From NCBI RefSeq assembly GCF_009914755.1, contig NC_060938.1: 64,000 bases of DNA, one strand, 5' to 3'. This DNA comes from the human T2T-CHM13v2.0 reference genome, Homo sapiens. Under the pieces are notes generated by a model. That model did no database searches. It was not told the DNA's origin and saw only the letters and a list, made by a program, of their open reading frames with translations. The position numbers and the translations under genes were made by a program. Positions 24,746 to 38,422 of this stretch are shown here, in pieces; position 1 is the first letter of the stretch; every line of letters starts with the position of its first letter.

Positions 24746-25980
24746 CATCTATCGGTAAAGAACAAGAATTCCAAAAATATAGGATTTTCCCCAGGAAGGA
24801 GGGCCAGAGTGTGGGCTACTGTGGGATGGCCTCCGGGCAGAGTGTGAGGGTAGGCGCTCCAAAGAGTAAGGCATCTGGAGAAGAGAAACAATGAAAGAGG
24901 CAAACGCTGGATGAGAAGGACCTCAAAGCAGAACTTTGCCTCTCGGCCTCTCAGTCAATTGTGATCTGACTGACATCCAGATTGTGATCTTGTTCAGGTG
25001 GCTGAACTTTGAACCCTTCTTGGCCATTTGATGCTAAAGGCAGTCTTTGAATGTGATGTTTTCCTAGATCGTACTGGTGGAATTTAGTTGCCTCAGATTT
25101 CCCAGTCATGTGCCAGCACTGCCAAGTGATCTCCATGTGTGGGTTTTATGATGTGTTTCCAGTGCTCCACATATGGCCTGTGATTTTTTTTTCCTATGGC
25201 TCCTAATGAAACACTCAGAACACTGCACTGAATAGAAGTTTCTCCCTATTCTCCAGAGTGGGGATCCTTATTGCATCGTCAAGCATGGACACCAAAAATA
25301 AATGGGGAGAAATCTCTATTCTCTTAGTGATGAGGCACTCTTGGAGGAAGATATTATTAACATGACTACGTCTTGCCAATTTGAAACTTTGCAAATATCT
25401 GTAAGGTTGACCAGTTTTTATAATTTCAAGATTTTAAGTTCAACTTAAGGTACTTTACAAAATTATTTTTATCATAATAAATTACAGTTCTTTACACCTG
25501 TGTCTTTTACCGATTAGATTGTGAGCTACTTTATGGGTGAGCACCAGTATCTACTTAACTTTGTACTAAATGGCTCAATATTGCCTGGAAAATAGTAGGT
25601 GCCCAATAAATAGTAAATGTTGTTCGATCAAATCATAAATGTAGATATAAGCTAAACCTCTTCCCTGGGCAACTGGAAATGCCCATGTTATGTCTTAAAA
25701 CACATTGAATTCAGGTGGGAGAATAAAAATGATTTTAACAAATCCAGTGTGCTTTTTGAAGGCAGAACTACAATTACTTCTTTTTTCCCTCATAATCAAA
25801 TCAACCTGTGAAATTGGAAGCCAATAAATATGTAAAAAAGTCATCAAATGTCATAGGAGAGGACTACTATTTGATTCACACGTGATCTTTGTCGTTTAAT
25901 TGCGTGTGGCAAGAATGAATGGAAGTGATATTAAGTGGAGAAAAACTCAGTCCCATTGGTGAGTTATTTACCTTGACCAC

Positions 25981-26378
25981 TGTGATGGGCTGAATTGTGT
26001 TCCCCTAAAATTCCTATGTTGAAGTCCTAACCCCCAGTATCTCAGAATGTGACTGTATTTGGAGATACAGTCTTTCAAAAGGTGATTAAGTTAAAGTGAA
26101 AATGAGGCCTTTGGGATGGGTCCTAATCCAATATGGTTGTTGTCTTTACAAGAAGAAAACATTTGGCCACATGGAGAGATACAAGGGATGCACATGCATG
26201 GAGGAAAGAACATGTGAAGACATTTACAAGCCATAAAAAGAGCCCTTTCAGAGACTAACCGTGCTGACACCTTGACTTTGAACTTCCAGCCCTCCAGGAC
26301 TGTGAGAAAATAAATTTCTGTTGCTTAAGTCACACAGTCTGTGGTATTTTATTATGATAGCCCTACCAAACTAATACA
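25981..26378 (+). mobile_element. MLT1B LTR (MaLR)
   Basis: TGTGATGGGCTGAATTGTGTTCCCC...AAACTAATACA; perfect TSD ACCAC. Confidence 0.9.
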
Positions 26379-26432
26379 ACCACCTACTTTTTAGAATTTG
26401 TAGAATCCAAGCACTTAAGATTACAAAAATGC

Positions 26433-26885
26433 ATGTTTATTGTGGCACTATTCACAATAGTGAAGACTTGGAACCAATCCAAATGCACATCAATGATAGA
26501 CTGGATAAAGAAAATGTGGCACATATACACCATGGAATGCTATGCAGCCATAAAAGAGGATGAGTTCGTGTCCTTTGCAGAGACTTGGATGAAGCTGGAA
26601 ACCATCATTCTCAGCAAACTAACACGAGAACAGAAAACCAAACACCGCATGTTCTCACTCATAAGTTGAACAATGAGAACACATGAGCACAAGGAGGGGA
26701 ACATCACATACCAGGGCCTGTTGGGGGCTGGGGAGCTACAGGAGGGATAGCATTAGAAGAAATACCTAATGTAGATGACGGGTTGATGGGTGCACCAAAC
26801 CACCATGGCACGTGTATACCTATGTAAGAAACCTGCATGTTCTGCACATGTATCCCAGAACTTTAAAGTATAATAATAAAAAAAA
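26433..26885 (+). mobile_element. L1PA (PA7/8-like) 3' end including the ORF2 C-terminus
   Basis: Translation MFIVALFTIVKTWNQ...WIKKMWHIYTME matches the L1 ORF2p C-terminus; followed by L1 3'UTR and A tail. Confidence 0.95.
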
Positions 26886-28125
26886 GCAATAAAGAGGAGG
26901 TGATGGTAATAGGCACAGACTTTTGCTTGCGTTGAGGAAATATTCTAAGTTTCACAATGGGGTGTGGAAGAATCTGTGCGAATCTCCTTCTGACCTCTCG
27001 TGGTACCATTTCCTCATTACTCAGTGATGACCCCAGAGCCAGTCTTGGATGAGGCGGGGTGGAATTTTCCACACAGGTGCCATGAGCTAGGGGGCTCAAA
27101 ACAGACACTGTGGTGAGGTTATTACTGAAATATTCTGTTTCTATGAAGTTTCTAACGTAATTCTGGGCCCTCTTTCTACAACCTTAGCAAGTTGCTGAAC
27201 TACAGGAGTGCGGAGTAACAATGCCTTTCATGTCAATTCTGTTTACAGCCAGGCTTGCTTGCATTAAACTGGACACATCCATCAACTAGAGTGCTGGATA
27301 ACAGATGAGAAAAAGCTAAGTTTGAGTTGTCTTTTATATTGTATAATGGTGCTTCTATTTTCTTTGTTTTCTTCTTGTTCTTAAGTTCTGTGGGAAACCC
27401 ACGGGAAGAGGAGTCTATCCAGGGTATTTGACTTCAAATCATTTCATCTCTTCTGTTCTTCCTCTCATCTAGTCCTCTGTGTTCTTGTAATATACGCAAG
27501 GGCAAGATTAATAGTAGAACAGAATTCTGCTATGAAATTTAAGTGATGTGAATTCTTTCTCAAAATTCCAAGAATGAAAACTTTGACTATGATATAGCCA
27601 ATAATTTGCACTTGTTTGCATTTGACATTGCTCATTTACATTAACTAGCGTAAAATACCTAATTAGTACAGCAGAAAAAAAAAAACTATATGAGGAAAAA
27701 AAGAAATGATTGCTCTTTTACTCACTGGAGGGAAAGGTTGGATTTATTTCAGCTCTGTGTTTAGAAAAATACCTTTGCTGGGCTTCTTGGAGTGTGAAAA
27801 GAGTGGACCCTGACCCACCTCTATTCCCTGCTGGGCCATCTGGAAGGATTTTCACAACAAAGATAAGGCTAAACCACTCTGCAAAATGAAACCAGAGGAA
27901 TTTCATGAGTTCTGGGGAGTAGAAAGAAGTAGGGTGAGCTCTGACAAGGATGATGGGGTTGGGCATGTGATGTCTGGAGTTGGGGCTAAGGAGGCCAGTC
28001 CAGGAGATGGTCCCTGAGGTAGGATGGGAGTGGGGCCAGGCAACTGTAAGACAGCGATGTCTCATGTTATTGAGCTTTGCTATTTCGTAACCTCTATCTG
28101 CCACACTTTCTAAAACCTTTGCATA

Positions 28126-28722
28126 ACTACTGGGTATCTACCGAGAGGAAAAGAAGTCATTATACGAAAAAGATACTTGTATATGCATATTTATGGCAGC
28201 ACAATTCGCAATTGCAAAAATATGTAACCAGTCCAAATGCCCATCAATCAATGAGTGGATAAAGACACTGTGAGATACACATATATATATACACACACAC
28301 ACATATATATACATATACATATGTGTGTATATATATATGATGGAACACCACACAGCCATAAAAAGGAATGAATAATGGCATTTGCAGCAACCTGGATGGA
28401 ACTGGAGACCATTATTCTAAGTGAAGTAACTCAGGAATGGAAACCCAAACATCATATGTTCTCACTCATAAGTGGGAGCTAAGCTATGAGGATGCAAAGG
28501 CATAAGAATAATACAATGAACTTCGGGGACTTGGGAGAAAGAATGGGAGGTGGGTGAGGAATAAAAGACTACAAATTGGGTTCAGTGTATACTGCTCAGG
28601 TGATGGATGCACCACGGTCTCACAAATCACCACTAAAATACTTACTCATGTAACCAAATACCACCTGTTTCCCAAAAACCAATGGAAATAAAAAATTAAA
28701 AAATAATAAAAATAAAATAAAA
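28126..28722 (+). mobile_element. L1PB(1)-type 3' end with internal TA/CA microsatellite
   Basis: GAAGTAACTCAGGAATGGAAA, GCTATGAGGATGCAAAGGCATAAGAAT and A-rich tail. Confidence 0.9.
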
Positions 28723-29091
28723 TCTTTATAAGACTACTGTACCTGTTAGAGCCTCCTTTCTGGGAAATTAAAACTCTAATTGTTTCCACATTAGCTTATG
28801 AGGTGGTTGGTAAAAGAGAATGACTACAGGAAATGAAATGCCAATGAGGTTGATAATTCAGTGGGACCAACAAGTCACAGTCAACCAGTGATGGAGATGG
28901 TAAACCTACTAGGAATCCACAGAAATTTTGAGGCAGGTACCGGACTCTCAAGAGTGTGTGAGATTGGTGAGGCTTTGGCCTGAGCCATTGAAAATAAATG
29001 CATAAATAGCAACACTTAGCAGACCGGAAAACATGGGGGAAAACCCAGACAAGAGACACTTGGGATTTGTCAGTAAAAAATGGAGTTGTGA

Positions 29092-29424
<333 letters not shown>

Positions 29425-29999
29425 TTATGGAAGGAGAATGTTTCTGTTCAAGTATGAATCTTTTTTGGGAGGGGTGGCAAGAGGAAGGTATGCAAAGGGA
29501 ATGGTGAATAAAATGAAAAGGTTCGACTTTTTGGTGGTTAGTCACCTAAGAAGGTTTTGTGGGGGAAATAATGTGTTTTAGCCAGCAAGGGGATTGTTTA
29601 ACCTGCCCTCTACCAGTCTGCCGTGCCTCACCCACTTGTCTACAGCTGTCCTGTTAGTTGTAGCATTTTGTTTTCTTTTATGCAAAGGGATTTTCTTATG
29701 ACACTCAAGGAGAACCCAGGAGAGGGAAGGCATCTCTGCCTTCCAGGGACAAAGTTTCAGAACTGTACTGCTCTACAGTGGTAAAAAGACAACAAAGTCT
29801 TTGATTTGCAGGTTGCTTGTTTCACTTACCCTGTGAAGTGGAGCTCAGTTGGAATATTTCATCTGGCCACTCTTTAGATGTTCACGGCAGCCCTGCCTGG
29901 CCAGCCATGAGGTCGGGCGGAGAAAGGAAGCAAGGATGAGTGAGGAGGGAGAGAAATGGCCCTGGAGTTTGTTGTTGGAGATCTTCTCTGTGTCAAACA

Positions 30000-30160
30000 T
30001 CTTAAGGGAATCACCTCATGGAATCTTCGCCACAACCCATTGATATGGGGATTATTTTCCATTTTATAATGAGGAAATGAAACCTTAGAATAACAGCAAG
30101 AAGCTCAGACAACTATGAAGTGGCAGGGTGCAGTTATGTGACTCAAAACCAGTGTTATTT
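30000..30160 (-). mobile_element. MIR
   Basis: ATTATTTTCCATTTTATAATGAGGAAATGA. Confidence 0.6.
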
Positions 30161-31581
30161 TCAGAAGTGGGAAATGTCATGACTTTGCCCTCCCCTCCCC
30201 TTCTCTCTCTTCCTTCCTTTTTGTTGGCTATCTTGAGCTGAATGGTGATAACGCTTAACTAGTGGAGGTACATTTTGAATAAACAGCGACTGACTTAAAT
30301 TTATAATCATAATTTTATTCTAGAGTTTTAACAAATGGTAAAACATTTAGAGTTATTTTTCCGCAGACTTGACAAAGGTGATGCCTGACTGTGCCTGCCG
30401 TCATTTTTTTCTATTTATAAAATCAGGGTAAATTTGCAAACTTCTAAAGAAGCAGACATGGCTTCAGCAACCAGTCAGGGTGGAGGTGAGACCAGGAAGG
30501 TTGGAGCTCATGAAAGGTCCTCCTCTTCTGTCTAAGGGGCACTTACTTCATTGGTAGCTCAGCTGATACTTTGGGAATTCCAAGAAAGAGCCAGGAACCC
30601 TGCTAGGAATAGAGAAGCAAAGAATCCAGGGCTCTCACTTTGAATTGCTCACCACGTCTAGAACATGAGTCAGGCACAGACACAGAAAAGTCAGCATAAT
30701 GCGTATGTGCAGTGATTATGAGATGCCCATGCAGCGTCTTTACACCAGCCAGGGATGCAAGGAAGAATCTCCGGAGAACATCTACCCAACAGGTGGATTT
30801 GCTTGTGGGGAACAGAATCTGTCAAGGAGAAACAAAGCAGTGCAGTAGTTGCATCATCATGAGGAAGGATGATGTGCAGAGTTAGTTTCCTAAGTGGCAT
30901 CGCCTATAATGAGCAGCGTGTTCTCCTACCACCTTAGCTGCAAGCAGTTATGCTGTATAGCCAACATCTTTCTCCTAGCTCACAATTCAAAAGCACATTG
31001 CTGGGATTCCTTGGGGGCTTTGCGTTTATTTGTTGTGGTCTAGTGGTTTATTCTGGCAAAATACACTGCATGGATTTTTACAGTTTGCTTTGTGCTTGGA
31101 CATCTTTCCACCCAAGCAAAATGTTTACAAATGCCAGCACGTCGTTTTCTGAAAATATTGCTGAAAAGAACAAATGTGTTGTGATGTGCCATGTGTTTGA
31201 AGAGACCAGGCAACCAAACACTAAGATTGCCTCTTCCTGTCAGTGTTTTTGCTCGGAATCATTCTTTATTGTGCCTGTTTCTCCAGAACTCTGTAATCCA
31301 AAATGGTCCTGTTCTCTGTGGACATGTGTTTATTCTGCAAGTTAAAACCCTTTCAAGCAATTCTTGCTGTGTTAAATATAACAATGCACTGATAAAATTC
31401 TGTCATACATTCTAGAAAATACCTTTGTATAAAGTACTCATATTACTGAATTTACCAAAACAGCATAGGTAACAGATTCTAAGATATCTTAGAGTTAATT
31501 GATAATATGTATCTGAATGTTGTAAAATTTATCTTTCCTATGCAAATCCCTTCAAACCATCCCTTCTAGTCCCATTTTTGA

Positions 31582-31582
<1 letters not shown>

Positions 31583-31623
<41 letters not shown>
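31583..31623. repeat. (AC)20 microsatellite
   Basis: Direct observation. Confidence 0.97.
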
Positions 31624-31626
<3 letters not shown>

Positions 31627-31836
31627 TGACTTTGTTATTCCTTACTGGTTTTTACTGATGGTCATAGACGTCTTTCTTCTCTGCTACTTCCATTATCTTC
31701 CTGCCTTCAAAATCTCCACTTTAGTTGCAGTTTTGTTTTACTATATTTCTTATTTTTAAAAATATATAGGTAAATAGAAATTGAAAAGCTCCCATTTTTT
31801 GTTAGATTCATGAATTCCTTTATGTAATTATTTTTC

Positions 31837-31947
31837 CAAAATTAATCCTGAATACAGACTAGTAAATTTATATGACAAAGAAAATTTCTATGACAAAGCA
31901 AAATTAATGCTGAATACAGACTAGAACATTTATATGACAAAGAAAAT
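31837..31947. repeat. 49-bp imperfect direct duplication with 13-bp spacer
   Basis: 31837-31885 vs 31899-31947, 3 mismatches. Confidence 0.92.
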
Positions 31948-32559
31948 AGGGAACTGTGTTGTTTCACATACTCAGGAGCTTCTGAATTCAGGAATTTTCT
32001 AGATGGAGAAGATCTCATTATATGGTGACACCAGCTAGCCAGGTGTACTACTGAGGTCTGTCTGTGTTAGACTTTAGAAATAGACCAAGGATGGAGGGAG
32101 GTTTGAGAAATCTAAGTAAGGAAGCATAGGAGACCTTCTTGTTTGAGGTCAAAGAATAATTGGAAGGAGTGGTTCCATCTCACAATTTGAAAATGTTCTA
32201 AGGAACAAAACGTACTTTTTTATAGACCTATTGATCTCAGAAGATATAACACAGCTGGTGGAGGGTAATGATCAATCGCCAGACTACCACCATTCTATTT
32301 TCTTCTCTGTCAAACGTACTCACTATATTGTGAGTGTTTTCACTGCCTAATTTTTCATGGCAATTTTTGAGGACTGGTAGCTGAACTAATTTAATTCTCA
32401 TTCTCTCACTTGTTCACCAAATCATTTCATGTGTGTTTTTGCCAGGTATTGTTTTAAATATTGGGCACTATTTTCGGTTCAGTAATTCAACCTATTTTAA
32501 TCCCTTACTAGCCCAGTTGTAAATTTCAAATAAGTCATTTTTTTTCATACCAGTTCCCT

Positions 32560-33008
32560 GCTTTCGAGTCTCTGATGAGGCTACGCTCAAGTATTACCCA
32601 GGATTAGGTCCTATCTGAAAGCTCAACTGGGGAAGGATCCACATTTGAGCTTGTTTATGCAGTTGTTGGTAGAATTCAGTTCCCTTAGGACGGTTGGACT
32701 GGGGGGCCTCAGCTCCTAGCTGACTGTGGGCCAGAGATCACCCTTGGTTCCTTGACAGATGGGCCTGCCCATTAGGGCAAATTGAAGCATCTAAGTCAGT
32801 GAGGGAGAGACTCTACTGGCAAGACAGAAGTCACAATTATATATAATGGAATCACTGAAGTGACATCTCATTATCTTTGTCATATTCCATTGGTTAGAAG
32901 CAAGTTACAGCACCCACCCACATACATTCAGGAGGGTGTGTATTACACAAGCACGTAAACACCAAGAGATGGGATCTTTGGAGACCATCATAGACTCTTT
33001 CCTCCATA
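32560..33008 (-). mobile_element. MLT1F-type LTR fragment
   Basis: GTTGTTGGTAGAATTCAGTTCC; CATATTCCATTGGTTAGAAGCAAGTTAC. Confidence 0.8.
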
Positions 33009-33906
33009 CCATCTGAACATTTAATATTAATGTAGTCTGTATTTCTACATAACAGTTCTCTGAAAGGAAACTTTGCTGTGTGCCAGATAATACTTTTTGA
33101 TCTTCTTATTTTACCTTTCCTTACCCCACCCATGATTATTACTATCAAAGCTTTAGGGCATAACATAGTGCTAAAATAGAACACTTACTCCAAAAATTTA
33201 ATTAACAAGCAACATGAAATAAAAGGCCATTTGCATATTGTAGGCAAATAAAAACATTATCACCAGGAGAAGTGAGTCAGAATATATCAAATATAATAGC
33301 TAATATTAAATAGCTGGGGGTGAGTGTTGGAATAATGAGCAGCCTCTGTACAGAGGGCATGTCAATCAATTACTCTGGCCCTATTGGAGCACCTGCCTAG
33401 AAGTCCTTGCTGTGCCTGGTTAACCCATCAGTTGCTGAATAGTGGGGAGGTCTCTGGTGGGGATTCTGGGAAGAGGGGCTGAGCAGTAATTGCGGAGAAC
33501 CCTAGGGGATCCCAGCAGTCACTATTTACTAAGACATTTTTATTACCTAATACTCTATGGCTAAATAGTTAAAAGAATTAAAAATTCTCAAATGCTTTCA
33601 AGGTTGGAGCCAGTTCATGGGGTCAGGAGAGCTATCTCCAGGCCTGCATTCTACTCCCCTTCTTTTTCCATCCCTGCCCCATCCCTTTCAGGCAGCACCT
33701 GGTGCACACTCAGGTGACCCAGCCTACATGTCGAGGATCCACGTAAACACCCCTCAAACAGATGGTCCCCCGCAGGCCTCGGAATGTGGCAAGGTCTACC
33801 ATTAGGAATGTAGGCTCAGGAAAGGCTCCTTCAGGCCCTGAGAGTGGACGTGGAATCCTGATGGCGGGGAATCCCAGGGTCCTGTGACCCAGAGCATGGT
33901 CTAGAA

Positions 33907-34214
33907 CTGTGCTGGGCAGCACAGCAGCCGCACATTGGCTCCAGAGCACTGGTCGAGATGTTCCTTAAATGTAAAGTACACAACCAATTTCGAAGACTTA
34001 ATACAAAAAATAAAGGGCGTAAGATATCTCATCAATAATTTTTATGTTGATTATGTGCTGACACGGTAGTGTTTTGGATATACTATTGGGTTAAATAAAA
34101 TATATAATTAAATTAGTTCTAACTGTTTTTTTCTAATATAGCTACTAACAAGTTTAAAGTTCTATGTGTAGCTTCCATTTGTGGCTCCCATAACATTTCT
34201 GTGGAACAGCACTG
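33907..34214. mobile_element. MER33 (hAT-Charlie)
   Basis: TIR-like CTGTGCTG / CAGCACTG; TSD GTCTAGAA/CTCTAGAA; internal TTTCGAAGACTTA..TGGGTTAAATAAAATATAT. Confidence 0.85.
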
Positions 34215-35103
34215 CTCTAGAAGGGAGAAGTACGGCTCTGCTAGGACACATCTCCTGCTACCTTGGACCCCTTGCCCTGTGAGGAGGAGGAGCTAGAGCA
34301 GAGCCCTCTAAAGCGTGGAGTCCCAGGCAGGAGCCTTTCTTGCCCCAGGGTGGTTTTGCTTTAAGGTGATATTTATAGTCTATTTGGTCTCACTCTGTCA
34401 TGGCTAAATGACTCCAAATCTCTCTCCTTTGCCTACTTCTGGGTTTTGCCCAAGGCAAGAAAATAGTCTTCCTCACCTTCCACCTGCCCACCCCCACTGC
34501 CACTGCCACCACCACCGCTTTTGAATCAATATAACCAGGCACAGAAAGTAAAATTGTTCTGTATTGACATGTATCTTTCAAGAAGCTGTTATTCTTTGGG
34601 TGAAACAGAATCTAATCACTAAGCAATTTTTCTACAGAGAGAGGGAGACTTTTCACTCCCCTTCCCCTTGGTTTGTAGAGTACATTCATCTTTGATAATT
34701 GATTCTTCGGGTGGAGTAATGATGTAGGCTCAGGAATACGTTTTTTGATTCAAAGGGTATAAAAAGTGCTATGTGTGTTAGGGGTTAATGTAAGCTCTGT
34801 GGAATTACAATACGGATGTCTTCTAAAGAAAATTCACTAATCTAATCTCTAGAGAAGGAAACTTTTAGAGAGTCCCTTATGACTCCCTTAAGAAATTATT
34901 GTGGATAGTATGTTGCTGTATGATGGCTTTAAGAATTTATGGTGAATGCTTCAGACCATGGCTTTAGTGTTTCAACAGAAACAGTGGCTTACTTAGGGTG
35001 GTGGTGCATCTTGCTCTTGAATAAATCTGATCTGAGCTTACAAGTAGGAAGGAGTAATGATTTAGATGTCTGAAATCTCTTTAGTTTATTGTTTCTTTTC
35101 TTA

Positions 35104-35632
35104 TCGTGGCAGAGAGTGACTGTTAAAACTTTTTCCTCCTGGGCACGTAGCTGGCCTACATTTCCCAGCATCCCTTACAGATGGCTGTGGCCATGTGACT
35201 GAGACTGGCCAATGGGATGCTAGTGGAGGTGATATATTCTTGTCCAATCATCTACTCTTTCTCCTTTTCTTCTGCCTATGAGATGCAGAGTATAGGGGCA
35301 CATGGGCACCACCTGAGAACTCTTTAGGAATGCAGAATCTTTAACCTTCTCCTAGGTGTAGGGAATCAGAATCTGCATTTTACCAAGATTCCCAGGTAAT
35401 ACCTATGCTCATTAACATTTGAGAAATATTGCCCTTTGAGATGACAGAGCCAGTAGATGGAAAGATCTTGGGTCCCTGCCTTGTGGCTTAGAGGAGAGCC
35501 ACCCAGGAGTGTGGCTTCTTGAAGCAGCCTGTTTAGATTGGTACATAAACAGGAAGTCCAATTTTATCATGATGAGGTCACTGAGATTTTGGAGTTGTTT
35601 GTTATAGCAGTTAGTCTTCCCTGGATAATATA
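35104..35632 (+). mobile_element. MLT1J/K-type LTR interrupted by MER5 (~35295-35431)
   Basis: CATTTCCCAGCATCCCTT..GGCCATGTGACT..GGCCAATGG; GTTTGTTATAGCAG end; MER5 GAATCAGAATCTGCATTTT. Confidence 0.7.
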
Positions 35633-36592
35633 CTCACAAAGTATTTAAACAATGCCATGTACCTACAATGTATCCCCTTCTTACCAATAAATTCTGCCAA
35701 CCAAAATGATCATATTGTACCTACAATGTCCAAAATGTTTAATACAGACTGAGGTAGACCTTATAAATGGTATTGGTGAAGCCTAGTGGACAATTTTAAG
35801 AAATCACCAACATTACAAAACGTTGACTGGCAAACTTGCGTTCACCCTATATATGCTCTGTAAATGTTCCTAGCTCCCTCACTTTTTTGTCTTTTTCTTC
35901 TTCAACGGCCTCCTTCACTTTTCAGTAGCAGCAAGATTAAGAGGTGAAAACTGCCATTACTCCAGTGAATGGGTGAGGTCACTGATTTGCACAATTCCTA
36001 TGAGAGCCCAATTAAAAGAAGATACAGAGATAAGCATGTACGTTTTCATCTCTCTTAACTCCATTATCTTATTGTCATTTGGCTATGATTTATTTAGGTC
36101 AACATTGATTTCTGTAGCTTATTTAGATAGCTAGAATGATAAAAATATCTTTTTGTTATCACAAGGAGTACAATTATTTACATATTTACCTATTCATCCA
36201 TTCATTCTTAGTATACAGAACAGTCCAATCAGGAACAATCTGTAGTACCTATGACAGGTACAGAAAAGCCCTTAAAGATTAGCCTCTAAGGTGTTAATGG
36301 GAGAGATTTACTGATTTATATTTTTCCCTATGGATCTGGAGATACAGGGTATTAACAAGATGGATGAGTTATTGGGGGTGCATTTGTATGTCTCAGGGTG
36401 CATGCTGTCTCTGATAATTGCTGTCTGTGTTTGATTGGGCAGAGCCAGTATCTTAAAACCTTCACTAGAATTTCCTATATTGAGACATCTAAAGTTAAGA
36501 AATCTAGGTAATTTTTGCTTATCGGTTTAAATTGTGCATAGAACTAAATTATTAAATAACCAGCATGTCTAAGCCTTACCCTTTTCTTTAAT

Positions 36593-36761
36593 TACACACA
36601 TATCCATGCATGCACACACATACATGCACACACATACATGCACACGTGCTGAGGAGGAAAAAAAAGCTGAAGGGATTTTGTCTGTGCATACATGCGTACA
36701 TATGCACAGACACACACAAGAGGCACATGTACACATGTATGGACCTGTGCATGAACACACA
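36593..36761. repeat. CA/TG-rich low-complexity alternating purine-pyrimidine region
   Basis: Direct observation (CATGCATGCACACACATACATGCACA...). Confidence 0.8.
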
Positions 36762-37269
36762 AATCCCATCAACTTCTTTTTTTCAGCCAGTCATTATAGA
36801 GAGGAATGACAGCTTTTATTTGCTGCAAAAATTCAAGTGGAAGAACGTCATATACAAGAACTACCAGCCTAGTGGTAGAGAAAAGAGGATTCTTTGAAGC
36901 TCTTTTTAGTCAGTCTGTACTAGCAATAGTCCAGTGTTTCCCAACTTGAGGGTGCCCTCAAGGCGTTGAAAACATAAGGTACCACTGTGATCGAGGTTTT
37001 ACCAAATTTTAACTTTCCTTCACTTCTCACCTAAAATATCTTGAGGGTGATCTGTGCTCAGATTTGTTTTAAGGGTTGGGGGGAGTATTCACCTTCTGAA
37101 GTAAAAGAAGGAACAATTTGTCCTCTGTCTGGCTTCTATCATGAAACTTCATAACCCAAGAGCACATCTTGACTTCAGCTTTGTTATTTTTAGTGGTAGA
37201 GGAGAGGAAACAGTAATCTGCAAAGTGTGAGTTCAATTACCCTGACCTTTCATATTGAAATCTGAATTC

Positions 37270-37462
37270 TTAATAAGTGTTTTATGTGCATTTTATCATT
37301 TAACCCTTACAACAACCCTATGAGATAGGTAGTGTTATTATACCACTTTGCTGAGGAGGCAACTGAGACACAGAAATTAAGTAACTTGCCCAGCATTTCT
37401 TGGGATTCTAACCTAGGCCATCTGGCTCCAGAAGCTGAACTCTTAACCACACTGCTCTCCTG
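37270..37462 (-). mobile_element. MIR
   Basis: ACAACAACCCTATGAGATAGGTA...AACTGAGACACAGA..TTAAGTAACTTGCCCA. Confidence 0.85.
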
Positions 37463-38179
37463 CAGGGTCGATGAGCTTGCCATGCCTCTTGGTCATTCCC
37501 TAAGGTGTGGCATTTTGTGATTCGGGATCTGGCTAACTCATTTAAATATGGAAGTTTCACAAAGATTCAGGCTGCTCAGGGATACAAAATGGCTCATTGG
37601 CAGGGTGGGGCTTCCAAGGAAATCGATTTCATTCCTTTCCTAATGGGCTGCGCTAGTTTGCAAAAATCAAGAACTGTGACGATTTAAGATGCATCTGAAC
37701 TCTTTTAGATTTCCATAGAACCTCACTCAGCAGTCCTTTCGAGATGATGTCATAGTTCTTTTGTGTAATCTAGTAATGCCTTTTAGGGGAGGAAGCCGGT
37801 GTATTTTACAAATGTTATCTTATCCTTACAACACCCTTGAAGCTTAGTAAGTGATATTAGTTACTGTTTGGGGGATTACAAAAATTAGGTTGTGGTTTTT
37901 AATGTTTATTTTTATAGCAATGAGAAGTGGTACACACACACCCATACTTATATGCATATTTGTAAACATGTGTTATGTATATTATTATATACACGTATGC
38001 ATCCTCCCCCCAGCATTGATGTGTGTAATTCAGGTGGTATTTGGTTGACTCCCTCCTAATATTTTGCAACTGCCACTAATTGTGATGGTTGTTGCACTTT
38101 AAAATGTTAAACTTTTAGAATATGTGAGAAGTGAGCAATTTGGCATTGGATCTAGCACTGTGTCCTCAAGTCCCTTTCA

Positions 38180-38395
38180 TGTGCTCAGTGGATTTTTATT
38201 GAGTGCCAATTGTGTGCCAGGCAGTGGCATTACAACAGTGACCGAAACAAAGTCACTCCACTTGAGGACCTGAATGTCTAGTCAAGGAGCTAGAGAGAAA
38301 ACAAATATATCCTCTGTCAGGTGGGGGTAAAGCGCTTCTGATGACAAATAATGTTGGCTGAGCTATGGTGACATTTCAGCAGAGGACTGCACGAG
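38180..38395 (-). mobile_element. L2 3' fragment
   Basis: TTTATTGAGTGCCAATTGTGTGCCAGGCAGTG. Confidence 0.65.
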
Positions 38396-38422
38396 CTCTC
38401 CCAGGCTTTTCTTGCTCTAAAG

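Noticed and set aside
26433-26669. 78-aa ORF with real protein homology
   Set aside because: C-terminal fragment of L1 ORF2p in a 5'-truncated dead copy.
30950-31345. 131-aa Cys/Phe/Ser-rich ORF in unique DNA
   Set aside because: Composition reflects T-rich sequence, there is no recognisable domain, and the length is within chance expectation for 64 kb. The region is kept only as a regulatory candidate.
31837-31947. Repeat-spacer-repeat pattern resembling a CRISPR unit
   Set aside because: Only two units, the spacer derives from the repeat, the DNA is primate, and there are no cas genes.
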